Shown here: positions 39,561-52,730 of the stretch, one piece after another | How positions within the stretch are numbered: the first letter of the stretch is position 1 | How the letters are laid out: each line of letters begins with the position of its first letter | Assembly (NCBI RefSeq): GCF_963921235.1 | Contig: NC_086109.1 | Coordinates: 22,012,001-22,076,000 of the forward strand | Reading direction: 5' to 3' | Length of the DNA stretch: 64,000 nt | Origin: Mobula hypostoma | Taxonomy: Eukaryota | The notes under the pieces: model-generated | Database searches by the model: none | The model's input: the letters and a program-made list of their open reading frames with translations, nothing else | What the model was told of the DNA's origin: nothing | Made by a program: the position numbers and the translations under genes

Positions 39561-40160
39561 CATAGAACCATAGAAAATAGGTGCAGGAGTAGGCCATTCA
39601 TCCCTTCGAGCCTGCACCGCCATTTATTATGATCATGGCTGATCATCCAACTCAGAACCCCGCCCCAGCCTTCCCTCCATACCCCCTGATCCCCGTAGCC
39701 ACAAGGGCCATATCTAACTCCCTCTTAAATATAGCCAATGAACTGGCCTCAACTGTTTCCTGTGGCAAAGAATTCCACAGATTCACCACTCTCTGTGTGA
39801 AGAAGTTTTTTCCTAATCTCGGTCCTAAAAGGCTTCCCCTTTATCCTCAAACTGTGACCCATTGTTCTGGACTTCCCCAACATCGGGAACAATCTTCCTG
39901 CATCTAGCTTGTCCAATCCCTTTAGGATTTTATACGTTTCAATCAGATCCCCCCTCACTCTTCTAAATTCCAACAAGTACAAGCCCAGTTCAACCAGTCT
40001 TTCTTCATATGAAAGTCCTGCCATCACAGGAATCAATCTGGTGAACCTTCTTTGTACTCCCTCTATGGCAAGGATGTCTTTCCTCAGATTAGGGGACCAA
40101 AACTGCGCACAATACTCCAGGTGCGGTCTCACCAAGGCCTTGTACAACTGCAGCAGTACC
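39561..40160 (-). mobile_element. Young CR1 3' fragment
   Basis: Near-identical to the 14627 and 59320 copies. Confidence 0.93.
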
Positions 40161-40214
40161 GGCTCCAACTTGTTAACATGGTTTGTTAGAAGGTTGTGCT
40201 GGATTACAGAAGGG

Positions 40215-41240
40215 GAAATTTCTAGAGTGCCTCTACGATGGCTTTTTAGAGCAGTTCGTGCTTGAACCCACTAAAGGATCATCTATTCTGGATTGGGTGT
40301 TGTGCGATAAACCAGAATTAATTGGAGAGTTTAAGGGGAAAAAACTTGCGGGGTAAGTGATCATAATATGATCTAATTCACCCTGAAATTTGAGAAGGAG
40401 AAACTAAAGTCAAATGTATCAGTATTACATTGGAGTAAAGGAAATTAGAGGCGTAAGAGAGGAGTTGGCTAGAACTGATTGGAGAAGAACACTGGCAGGG
40501 ATGACGGCACAGCAGCAATGGCTGGAATTTCTGGAAGCAGTTCAGAAGGCACAGAATGTGTACATCACAAAGAGGCAGAAGTATTCTAAAGGAAAGATGA
40601 CACAACTGTGGCTAACAAAAGAAGTCAAAGCTAACATAAAAGCCAAAAAGAAGGCATATAATAGAGCAAAAATTAGTGGGAAGTTAGAGGATTGGAAAGC
40701 TTTTATAAAGCAACACAAGGCAACTAAAAAAAAAATTCATTAGGAAGGAAAAAATGGAATATGAAAATAAGCTAGCCAATAATATTTAGAGGATACCAAA
40801 AGTTTCTTCAGATACATAGTATAAAGGAGAGGCAAGAGTGAATATCAGATAGCTGGAAAACAATGCTTGAGAGGTGGTAATGGAGGACAACAAAATGGCA
40901 GATGAACTAAGTATTTTGCATCAGTTTTCACATAGAATATATTAGCAGCATGGTGGAAGTTCCAGGTGTCAAGGGTCATGAAGTATGTCGAGTTATTATA
41001 ACTGGAGAGAAAGTTCTTGGGAAACTGAAATGTCTGAAGGTAGATCAGTCACCTGGACCAGATGGTATACATGCCAGTGTTTTGAAAGAGGTGGCTGAAG
41101 AAATCGTGGAGGCATTAGTAATGATCTTTCAAGAATCACTAGATTTTAGAATGGTTCCAGAAGAATGGAAAATTCCAAATGTCACTCCACTCTTCAAGAA
41201 GGGAGAGAGGCAGAAGAAAGGAAACTATAGGCTAGTTAAT
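40215..41240 (+). mobile_element. CR1 ORF2 central fragment
   Basis: SPGPDGIH..VLKEVAEEI...VPEEWKIPNVTPLFKKG...GNYR. Confidence 0.88.
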
Positions 41241-41457
41241 ATGTGTAAAGACCAGACAGACTTGTCTTGTATTGTTTTCTGGGTCACATTGGTTTCCTGG
41301 AGTTTTGCTTGATTGTCGTTAGGCTAACTTTCTCTGTAAGTGGGCACATCATTTTAACCTTGTTTGTTGTCATGTGAAAGTAGAAGTCCATCTCCTATTT
41401 ATGTGTTTTCTATGACATGTTTTAATTCTGAATTAATCAGATTTTTTTTTCCAATAG

Positions 41458-41616
41458 GTATTTGCTATGTAGATAATGGGAGTGAAACTGAGGCAGACAT
41501 TCTGACCACACCGCTTGCAACCAGTCTTCACGGGAGAATGGGTTCCTTGTATGCAGGAAGAAGCAGTTTCCATCCAAGTGAGCCTCATGAAAGCCTTGCA
41601 CAGCAGCCCAATGCAG
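41458..41616 (+). CDS. LRIG2: LRIG2 cytoplasmic exon, symmetric phase 1-1, 53 codons: GICYVDNGSETEADILTTPLATSLHGRMGSLYAGRSSFHPSEPHESLAQQPNA
   Basis: Strong T-tract ccaatag acceptor and CAG|gtatgt donor; open frame in unique sequence between repeats. Confidence 0.82.
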
Positions 41617-42837
41617 GTATGTAGCAGTCATTAGAATGAATGCTAATCAGCTTGTGTACAGACTTCAATATACAATGTAGTACAGGAAAACACCACTGGG
41701 CCCAGAGAATGCAACCATTTCAGGTCTGCACAAGATTATTCTTGTTCCTCTCTTTTTGCTTCCTCTATGTCAGCTAGATTCTTTTGCCAGCAGTCTCGCT
41801 CTTTTTGGCAATCAGTAGGTTCAGACTTGCTCAAGGATAAGTGTATAATTTATGCTGTCTCTGAAGCCAGCACTGGGGAAGAGCTGCAATTGGAAGCAGT
41901 CTTTATTGGATGAACTATGAAATCAAGCTTTGAAGGATGTATAAAATATCTGTGGTACAGTTGAAACTTCAGGAAGTTCACCAGCCGCCTTAAACAGCTA
42001 TGCCAAAGCAGAATATTATTTTTTATTTTATTTAGAGATACAGCGCGAAACAGGCAGTTCTGGCCATTTGAGGCGCACTGCCCAGCAACCCACTGATTTA
42101 ACCCCATCTTAAACACAGGACAATTGACAGTGATATGTTAACCAGTACATCACTGGACTGTGGGAGGAACAGATAGCATCAGAACTGAACTCTGAACTGT
42201 GCTCTAAACTGTAAAAGCATCATGGTAACCACTACTCTACTGTGATGCCCAATGATTCATAATTGAAAGAAATTTGCTTTTGAATATTAAGATTTGTATG
42301 CCAAGAACCTATTTTGTACTTTTTGTATAACCAAGAATGCTTTACAACCAACAGTGTACTTTTTTAGGGGGGAAATGTCATTGCTGTTGTAGAAAAATGG
42401 CAGCAAATATACAAACTAACCTCCATAAATGGTGCACCATGGTCAGTCATGCAGCTTTTTATTTTTGTTTTAATATTGCAGCGAGAGAGAGAGAGAGAAC
42501 AATGCACATGCGTAGACAACAGATCAATACATTGTTCTTAGGGGTGTGGGGGGGTCCATCCCTCTAAAAGAAAGAGATCCATACATTACACACAAAATCT
42601 AGCCTGACACCAGTGAAGCTTTCTGACTTGAATGTCAGAAACTTTATACAGACAGCTGCTGCAGTGATTAGTGTGGAGGTTTTAAATATGCTTAAAAATA
42701 ATTTGTTTTGTATCAATTGCCTCTCAAAATTGTAAGCTTATGGGATAAATATAGATCTTTCTAGTCCATAAATAATAAAGCAAAAAAAAAATCTGAAATA
42801 TTGCACAGTTTTTAAAAACTGCAAAATGTGATTTCAG

Positions 42838-43122
42838 GTGGTACTTCGGGATCACTGGTGATTTGCTCAGATTGTTTTGACAGCACCAACATGTATGCAA
42901 AGAACAGAGAGTACTGTCCCTATACATTCCTTGGAGAGGAAGAGTCTCTTGATCATACTCTGGCCAACTTTAAGGGGCAATTTCCAAAGGACAGCTTTAC
43001 AGTACACAATCAGCATGAAGGCACGGCCATAGACGGTCTGACTACAGAAGCTGACATGTCTGTTTACTTAACAAACCATGATAGGATATGCAATCCAACT
43101 ATGACTCAACTACATCGCATGG
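42838..43122 (+). CDS. LRIG2: LRIG2 cytoplasmic exon: GGTSGSLVICSDCFDSTNMYAKNREYCPYTF...
   Basis: tttcag/gtaaga; 285 nt; VICSDC and REYCPYT motifs as in human LRIG2. Confidence 0.92.
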
Positions 43123-44217
43123 GTAAGAACTTTCTTTGCATGTACATTCTACATAAATGCACGCGCATACTAGAATATCAAGAGGTCAAAGCTATAGCCA
43201 TTTGATTTTTAGAGCCCTCGTCTTGCAGTAAACATAGTTGAGTGAAAGCTGCAACCTTAAAAGGTTTCAAAGCAAAATTACTAAAAATAAAAGCTCAAGA
43301 ATGTTGGAAACTTCCAGTAAATCTGTCATCATCTGATAAAGAAGAGCTGGATTAGCTTTCTTTGGCAAAAGCAATGAGAGTCCAATGTGGCCTCTACGAC
43401 TGTGCTTCAGAGGTTCGTTCTGTGCAACACGTTTCTGATGGTTTAAGATCTGTATATCCCACTGTGTAAAAAAAAAGACAGCTTTCTCAGCCCAGTTAAG
43501 TCTACCATTTTGTGATGCTACAATTTTGAAATATTGTTGATCCTGTACAGATATTTTAAGGCCAAGATCATTTGCAGCCAAGTTTAGATCAAAGTTATTT
43601 CTCACTGGAAAAATAAACTTCAGTTTTCATCAATCATTCAGATTCTTTTCAGTTTCTCTTGTATACACAATGGTATTTAATAGCATAAATGCCAACATTG
43701 ATGTCAGTTTGAAGATTTAGTGCCGTAAATCCTGACTGCTTTATTTTCTTTTGCTCAATTTCATTTCTGATGTTGCTTACACTGGCTCAGCTTATGTACT
43801 TTTGATTGTTGTTGTTTAAGATTACAACAGTTAGAAGGGAAGATAAATTATTTCATCAGGTGTTAAGAGTTTTTAGAATAGGAAATAGAACTGTAAAATT
43901 AGAGCTATATTTTTAGGGTTGATATCAACAAAGCATAGTGGTATCTAATGTTCACTGTTCCCCAAAAGATTTCAGAGAATGAGGATAGACCTACAACTGC
44001 AAACTAGAATTGCTCCCCCCCCCCCCCCGTGATTGGATATAGAGGTTAGTAGGGTTACAAAGCCAAGATCTGATGAAATCCAGAGCAGCTGTTAACTGAA
44101 AAGCAGAGCAACTAACAGGGCTGATTGGCTTTCTGTTTGCTAAAAGTACTAAGGCTGATGCTGCTTGTTTTTAATTTCTTTACTGAGTTCTACTTTACCA
44201 ATTTTTGTTTTTAATAG

Positions 44218-44459
44218 AATCGTGCCCACGGCTTTCACGGGGTTTGAATGCAGATTCCGGACTGCACACATATCCACATTATTTGCACCAACCTGTGAAT
44301 GTTCATGAGAATCCACGGGCTCTCATGGAAGGCGAAGATGAAGCAGAGGATGGACCTGAACCCTGTACAGCTCATAGCAGACCAACCCAAAGAAGCTCTG
44401 AACAGAGCATTGACAGTGAGAGGACTCCAGCTGTTCAGGCTTATGGTGCCACTACGTAG
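44218..44459 (+). CDS. LRIG2: LRIG2 last coding exon: ESCPRLSRG...AYGATT*
   Basis: ttaatag acceptor; phase fits the previous exon; TAG stop at 44457-44459. Confidence 0.85.
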
Positions 44460-47400
44460 GTCATTAACGCACCAAATGCAAACACATTATCAGTACTCTG
44501 AGCAACGCAACCTTCACCCACTACCTCAAAATGCTGACACTGAGGCCAAACACACCAGTTGTGTATGTCTTTGAGGCTCAACATATCTTCATTATTCTGC
44601 ACTTTTCAGACTTAAGTTTTGTTAAGGAAAGCATCCTTGAAAGCTGTGGCAGAGGAATAAGTTTTTTTCCCCCAAGTGCATTTTTTTTGTCACTCCCAAT
44701 TACAAATAGTAGTATGAAATTCTGTTCTAAAACTCTATCACCAATTTCTAGATGAAGAAAACAACTGGAAGTAAAGAATGATCCCTAAAATATTGGTAAA
44801 CTCTCTTAAGTTGTATAAGGATAATAGAATGTGGCTTGGAAAAAATATCAGCTGCAGGAAACTTGACCCTCGAGCCATTTTTTTTGTGTAGTAGTCTTTC
44901 TTGTGACATTTTAACTCATCTGTCAAATTTTTCACTGACGTTAATAGCCTGTATTTTCAAGATATTGATGCTGTTCAGCTTGGTGGTTTCCAAACAGGAT
45001 CTGGTATTGTATAGATATTGCATGTTTTGCAGTTCATGTGAATACTTTACACTACAGTGTTGTTAAAATCATTGCAATATGTAGAGGTTCTAACTGATAA
45101 GCGGAGCGAATGATATTTTACTATCTGAATTAAATTTGCAATAACAGTTGTTTGGGTTGTGGCTCTGTCAACTTTCGAATTGAATTTTTGAACATTTTTG
45201 CCCGTACAATAGCAATGTTAAAAAAGAAGCCAAAAGAACAGTTTCTTTTCGCTCTCGAGGTCTAGCCATTGCAACATCTGGACTGTGTTACTGGTGTAAA
45301 ACATTATGCTTGAACTGTGCATTTTGCCTTGGTACTGTCAGATTAATGCTGTGGCAGACCTTAAAATAGCCATGCTCCATTTGTAATGAACCGTCACATG
45401 GCATGTATTGGTGTGTTGCATCTTGCATGGAAGATGGGGCAAATTTTGGTTTGACTTTGAACAGCTGTGGAGCATAAAATGATGCATTGTTGTGATTTTG
45501 AAAGTGCAAACACTGATCAGGCAAGTTTATGGGTTCAAGACCAAGTTATTCAAGTTTGTTCAAGATCAGATTTGGAACAACAGCATTGACTTTTTGTAAG
45601 TGATTGGCAAACATGGAATGTTCAAATGCTGCTACACCTGTTGTTGCAAAGTCATTGGTTCACACTTTATCTTGGTTTTCCCTTATTAAGTAGCCATTGG
45701 GAGCAAACTTCCCAGGGAAGGGGAAGGATATACTGTACAGGTCTGAAACAGTCTTGAAACAGCACCCCCAGTCACAATTTTTATTTTTTACTTTGGGATC
45801 TTTGGTATAGATTGACTCTTGCATTTATAACATATAAATAATATACATTATGTATTCAAGTAAACTTGAATATAAAGCCTTGTATACAGTTTATTTTTAT
45901 TATGGGTTTGAGTGCTTTCTCTGAGAATTGATACAGGTGATGACCACATGGGCCAGCATCTTCAATTCCATCAATCTGCCATTTACATAATATTTCATGG
46001 TATTTGAAATCAAGTGAAATCCATGATCTTATGTGACCACTTCATTATAGATCAATAGAATACTGTGTGATTAGGAAGCTGTTTCCTGGATTCAGAGGTC
46101 TCTGACCTCTAGATTTCATAATTTCCCCAGAATTTCAGAATCTCACGCTCAGTCACACATAAAAGTATTGGTGTGGTACATCACTTGGGGTAACCAAATA
46201 CTGAATCTGATATCCTGATGGACAAATTTAGAACTTGTGAATTCTGCCTTCAGTTAAGTGCCTGTTCCTTAACTGTCCATACCTGTATTGGACTCGCTGT
46301 TGAAAACATTATCAAACTGCACTCATACAGTACAAGCTATTCCAGCTATTCAAGTGGCATACAACTTTAAGTGCTGACATTTAATCTATATAATACAATG
46401 TTTAAGTGCATCTACTACATTTGTCAGTTTTGTCCATTTATGTTTCACATTTGATAAGTCTATTCATTCTATAAAGCTCTTTTTCAGTTGTAGATTGCTA
46501 TGGAAAAACCCATCACTTTACTGTTAAAGTTAATTTACAACGTTTTAAATTTGGAAATCCCTCTGATCTTTTGGCTGGAGACATCACTTGAGTTAGGTCG
46601 AAGTATTGGAGCCACTTATTATCGTTGGAGTCATCTCTAGTGTACTTCACTCTTTGTTATTATAAATACAGCTTTGTTGGTTGATCCTAGAGCATCAGTC
46701 AAACGATTGTATATTTTAGCTGCAATTTAGCTTAAAAAATGTGTCCATGGGAACTTTTACTGATGTCAGGCTGAGACACTTCAATTTTGAATGATCATAT
46801 TGGGATTTGTACTTGTTCTCTGGATTGCTAATTTGGGCTGTTATCACAAGTGTAGTGATTGAAGCTCTAGATTACTTGTGCCCCTATCCACTATCTGTGT
46901 TCAGTGTGTGTGTGTATGTGTATGTTTAATACAGTAGGCTTCCAGTCATCTGTCTAAATTAAATTGGCATCTAATATGCAGCCACATTTATTTCAGCATA
47001 CCTAAACTGAGTTATGACCGGCAATGAAATAAAGAATGGTACTTTGTTAATAACTGTTTACAATTCTGCACTGGTTTTTAACCAATGATTATTGGTAGAA
47101 CACATTTATTTGTCCTTGTACTTTAAGCAATGACAGTATATTCTGATTTGTAGCATTGGAGTGATTAATCATCTCCATACCCAATGATTGATTGGCTGTA
47201 ATGAATTATTACTAAAACGTTCCATTCCAAAGCATGTTATGGCCAGTGAAGAACTGCTGTGGTGAATTGGAGTTGGTAACAGGGTTTCTGCTCCTTAGTA
47301 TGTAAGAGAATTTTGTTACACATAAAGTAGGTCACTGAGCCACAACAGGTCTGTACAGTGTTTCTGACAAATTTCCTCCTGCCCAACTTCAGCTCACTTA
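44460..47400 (+). other. Probable LRIG2 3' UTR (end uncertain)
   Basis: About 3 kb of AT-rich sequence after the stop with no repeats I could recognise; AATAAA at 47028-47033. Confidence 0.5.
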
Positions 47401-48955
47401 TCAGAATCGGGTTACATAGTGCTGATATATGTCATGAAATTTGTTTTGTGGCAGCAGTATAGTGCAATGCATAATAATAAAGAAAACTATAAATTACAAT
47501 AAGAAATATATAATTAAGTACTGCAAAAAGGGGCAAAACTAATAGTGAAGAAGTGTTCATTGATTCATTCAATGTTTTCAATGTTCAGTGATCTGATGGT
47601 AGAGGGGAAGAAGCTGTTTCTGAAATGTTGAGTGTGTCTCTTCAGTTCTCCTGTACCTCCACCTTTCTGGTAGCAATGAGAAGATGGTATGTTCTATACC
47701 GCCTTTTGAAGTTGTCGTGGATGCTCAGGAGGCTAGTGCCCATATTGGAGCTGGCTTAGTGTACAACTACCTGCACCTTTTTCCAATCCTGTGCTGTGGC
47801 CCCTCTATACCAGACAGGGATGCAACCAGTCAGGATGCTCTACACAGTACATCTGTAAATATTTGCAAGTGTGTTGGTGACATAGCAATTCTCCTCAACT
47901 CCAATTATCTTTAGCTGCTGTTATGCCTTCTATGTAATTGCATCAATATGTCAGGCTCAGGGTACATCCTCAGAGATGCTGACACCTAGGAACTTGAAAC
48001 TGCTCACCCTCTCCATTTATGATACCTCAATGAGGAATGGTGTGTGTTCCCTCAATTTCCCTTTGCTGAAGTCCACAATCAGTTCCTTGTTCTTATTGAC
48101 GTTGTGTGCAAGGTTGTTGCTGCGACACCACTCAACCAGCTAATTCTGTCAACAATAGTTGTGTCATTGTCAAATTTGTAGATGGTGTAGGAGCTGTGCC
48201 TAGTCACACAATTGTGGATGTAGAGAGGGTAGAGCATTGGGCTAAGCACACAACCTTGAGGTGCGGCAGTGTTGATTGTCAGCAAGGAGCAGATATTATT
48301 TCCAACCCACACTGACTGTGGTCTCCCAGGGAGGTCTGGAGGCCCAGGTTTTGAAGCTTGTTAATTAGAACTGAGGGTATGATGGTATTGAATGCTGAGC
48401 TGTAGTCAATAAACAGCAGCTTGACATAAGTATTACTATTGTCCAGCTAACCTGAGTGGAGAGCCAATGTGTTAGTCCTGACGAAGGGTCTCGGCCTGAA
48501 ACATCGGCTGCACCTCTTCCTACAGATGCTGCCTGCCCTGCTGCGTTCACCAGCAACTTTGATGTGTGTTGCTTGAATTTCCAGCATCTACAGAATTCCT
48601 GTTGTTTGGAGAGCCAATGAGGGTGCATTCACTGTGGACCTATTGCAGTGGCTCCATGTTCTTGTTAATGCAGGAGCTGTTTCTAGCTGTGACCAATCTT
48701 TCAAAGCACTTAATCGCAATAGATGTAAGTGCTACTGGATAATACCCATTGAGGCAGCTCACCATGTTCTTTTTGCCCACCGGTATGATTATCACTCTTT
48801 TGAAGCAGGTGGGGACCTCTTACTGCAGCTGTGAGAGATTGAAGGTGTACTTGACCACTCCCACCAACTGGTTGGCAAATGTTTTCAGAGCCCTACCAGG
48901 TACACCATCAGGGCCTGACGCCTTGTGAGGGTTCACCCTCTTGGAAGATGTTCAA
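47400..48955 (-). mobile_element. Rex1/Babar-like LINE remnant
   Basis: NTAAPQGCVLSPMLYPLYIHNC...YKFDNDTTIV (ORF 48079..48312). Confidence 0.8.
48470..48606 (+). mobile_element. 137-bp Penelope-derived insertion with hammerhead motif, 13-bp TSD
   Basis: TSD tggagagccaatg at 48457-69 and 48607-19; AGTC-CTGACGA-A-GGGTCTCGGCCT-GAAAC-ATC-GGCT. Confidence 0.85.
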
Positions 48956-51485
48956 CCTTTTGTATTTGGCTCATCCAAGGCAAGTCATTGTATAATAATG
49001 TACATTCTTGAAGGTTGTAACTGAGATACTTCAGCTTTTCTTGAAGCAAGCATTGCAGGCTTTGAGCATCTTTCTAGCAACCTTGCAATGATACTTTCAG
49101 AGGTGAAGAGGTCATTGTAAGAAGATGGTTGTCATGCAATCTGCCAGATTACATCTTGCCAATTGTCATGCTTTATCGATCCACCGCTTGTAGTAGGTAA
49201 CCAGTAAGAATAGACTTAGCTTTGAAAACTACAATAATCCCATATTTTTGCAAATATTTACCTTAGCCAGCATCTGTATCTTGGGTAATGAAAACAGAAA
49301 ACATTGAAATTACTCAAGCTGGTTAGGCAGCATCTGACCTCAAACGTTAACTTTTCTTGTCTCTGGCGATGCTACCTAACCTGATGAGTGTTTCCAGCAT
49401 TTTTTTGTTTTTGTTGCTTCAAATTTCCAGAAACTACAGTTCTTCATTTTGTTTCTGAGACTTGCGTGTTTGTATCATTGCTTTTGATCTTTCTTTCCGC
49501 CACAAGAATTCAGTAGATATTTGGGCAAAACTTCCAAGAACCCACTTCAAATATTTGTATCACTCTGACCTTATTTGATTTCTCCAATTCCTAGATCTGT
49601 CGAGCTTTCAAATCATTTCAGACTAGTCTTAATTTGGCATCCAGTGGATCTTGTCTGGTCTGTGGAGTTCTGGTCTAGACATAAGATAGTATAAATGTGA
49701 AGTTGTGGCTGTACAGTTGAGCCAGAATCAGGATGTACACAATAAATGTGTGGTTCCCATTCCCAAAGAAATTCCTCTGTGAATATTCTTCATAACCACA
49801 TTCTTCCCCATTGCAAAGAGGTATCCCTCCTGCTGGTAATGGTTGTTGGTTAGGTGATCAAATACTCTGGACAGCTTATTTAGTCCGGATATACAGTGAC
49901 TCTTTCGTGATGGGCAATATATCTACCCTGGCCCCACTAAGCTAGTCAGATCAGGTTAATAGGATAGAGGTTTTTGAAGTGGTTTCTTGTACTAAGATTA
50001 TATCCAAAAAATCTACCAGGTTATGATTCAGTCTTGGTAGGAATCTAAAACCACAATTGAATCACAGGCAATTACAACTATATTACATCAGGAACCTCTG
50101 CTAGAGCCTTCTTGCAACAGTCACTATGCTCAGTAGAAGGCAATATTGCTGTTATTCCATGTGACCTAACACATCCATGCTGAACACAGTGCCCACCCAG
50201 CCAATTCCAATTTCCTTTGTTAGGCCATGTTCTTCTAAGCCTCTCCCCCTCCATATAACTGTCAGCGTGCTGCTTAAATGATATTATTGTACATGACTCA
50301 ACCATTTTATCTGGCTGCCAGTTCCATATACTCACGCCTTCTGAGTGGAAAAAGGTGTCCCTTAAATCCCTTTTTAAATCATCTCCTAAATCTATGTACC
50401 CTACTTTTGGACTCTTCTACCCTGGAAAAAAGACTGCAACTACCCACCTTGTGTTTCTCATAACTTAAAACCATTTCTATAAGATTGTTCCGCATTCTCC
50501 TAGGTTTAAAATTTCTTTGTAATAACTTATGTGTTTTTCCCATGTGCATGCGTGTTTCCTCTGGGTGCTCTGGTTTCCTCCCACAGTCCAAAGACATTCT
50601 GGTTAATTGGACATTGTAAATTGTTTGGTGATTAGGCTAGGGCTAAATTGAGGGTTGTGGGGCAGCACGGCTTGGTGGGCTGGAAGGGTCTGTTCCATGC
50701 TGTATCTCTAAGTAAATAAATTCAAACAACCTATACTCTATCTAAGCACTTCATGAGTTTAGTCCAAAACGTTGACTCTTCCTTTCTCTTCGTAGATGCT
50801 GCCTGACTTGCTGTGTTTCTCCAGCACTTTGATTTAGTTAATCTTTGTGCCTGCTGTATGGGGAATAGCCCAGTGGGGCATTGATCATCCATGAACAGAT
50901 ATATGGCTCTGATTCCATGGTTGTCATTCACTTGTTGCTGTTTTTCTTTGCTGTCCTTGCTGCCAAAAAATATGTTAAGCCAAACATTTGATGAACTGCT
51001 GGTTTGACTTCTGATTTTCAGTACCTTCTACATTGGGCTACATCACCTCTTAGGCATCGTGCTTGGAGGCAAGGATTCACAATTATGGTTATCTTCTCAT
51101 TCTCATTGCCAAATTAAAGGAGCCATTGGTTGGGAGGTGGTGGTGGGAAGAGGAAGAGGCAGGTTGTGGAAAGATACAGAAGCATGCTGGAAATCAAAAG
51201 TAAGATAAATGGGATCTGTAGACATGATGGTTTGTACTTTTGGAGCCAATACGGGATTTGAAATAAGCTTAGTGAAAGTGGTGTATTGGTTTTCTTGGAG
51301 CAGGTGGATGACGATGAATAAACGCGCATCAAAATTCTGCATGCAGAAATAAGGCCTTTCAGCCTGTCATCCCTCTGCCAGTTCTCTGGAGCTGAACAAC
51401 CTTGGTTATTTTGTGATGCACTCAGTGCCTGATCTGAGCAACATTCAAAGATAACTGTTTCTTTTTGCTTTAATTTTATTTAAAA

Positions 51486-51692
51486 TACTGTCTGCTGTGA
51501 GCCCTTGCAGATGCTATTCAATGAATCCTCTCAGTGTAAGTACTGTGCTATGACTCTAAATCGCTGCCCCAGTTACTCTGCTATGAATCCACTGTTCAGG
51601 TACTGTGCTGTGAGCCTTCTCTATGCAGGTACTATGCTTAAACCTGCAGTGTATAAATACCGTGCTGTGAATCTAATGCAGATGCTGTGTGC
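51486..51692. repeat. Degenerate minisatellite, about 8 units of 25-32 bp (core tactgtgctrtga)
   Basis: Cores near 51486, 51541, 51573, 51601, 51630, 51658. Confidence 0.6.
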
Positions 51693-52730
51693 AACTTGTG
51701 TTGACCAGAATCTATCCTTCTGTATATTTGATGCTTCACTTGTGTACATTCTGTAAAGCATGTGTACAATAAACCTGTTAATGTAAAATATTGTATTTCT
51801 GCACACAATAAAGTAGGAAAACATCTGTGCTTGGAGTATTGATCTTGTGTAGCAGATGGACAAGTAAAGTTTATGGAATAGTTGGGATATGAACCAATTA
51901 ATACTCTTACTTATTTATTTCCACATTATTTTCTTGTGTACCAAATGTTTTGTAGAAAGCACAAACCAAGTTTATATTTTGTTTGGCGATTCAGGGTAGT
52001 CTAGCCATTTTAAACAGTTCAACAAGGGATAAAGGTTGGGAATAAGAGCATGAGTAAGCCATGTGGTTCCTCAAACTTGCTGTGATTTTGGCCTCCACTG
52101 CCGGTCTCCATTCTTTTAGTCTCCTCCATATTCCAAAATGTAGGTTTCTCAACGACAAATGCTTTTGATGACATCTCACCGCTGCATCTGGTTTCACATA
52201 TAGAACAGTACAGCACAGGAACAGGGTCTTTCATCCATTTTGTGCTGTACAAATTAAATGCCTAATTCAACTAATTCCTTCTGTTGATATCCCTTCATTC
52301 TCTGCACTTCCATGTCCCTCGGAGCCTTGTGAGCCTTTAGCTTCTTTGCCTCCACTACCACCCCTGGCAGTTTATTCCAGGCACATACCACTGTGTGTGA
52401 GAAATTTGTCCCCTCACCTTAAATGCATTCCCTCTAGTATTAGACATTTTGATCCTAGGAGAGGACACTGACTCATGATTTTAAACTTCTATCAGGTGTT
52501 CTGTCAGCCTCTGCCTCTCCAATGACTCAAATTTGTTCAATCTCAGCACACGCCCTCTAATCCAGGCAGCATCTTGGTAAATTTGCATCTTTTTAATAAC
52601 CTCCATGTCCTTCCTGTGATGGAGCAGCCCGAATTGAATGCCATATTCTAGATGCAGCCCATCGTAAAGCTGTAACATCACGTCCCGACTTGAACTCCAT
52701 GCCTAGACAAATAAAAGCAACTATGCCATA

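Noticed and set aside
2443..44459. Assignment to LRIG1 or LRIG3
   Set aside because: Ig2/Ig3, YHMRRK, SEPQEGYSNSEAGSHQQLM and VICSDC..REYCPYT match LRIG2 as recalled
51486..51692. CRISPR-like spacing of short repeats
   Set aside because: Vertebrate context, degenerate repeats, related spacers and no cas genes; best explained as an old minisatellite
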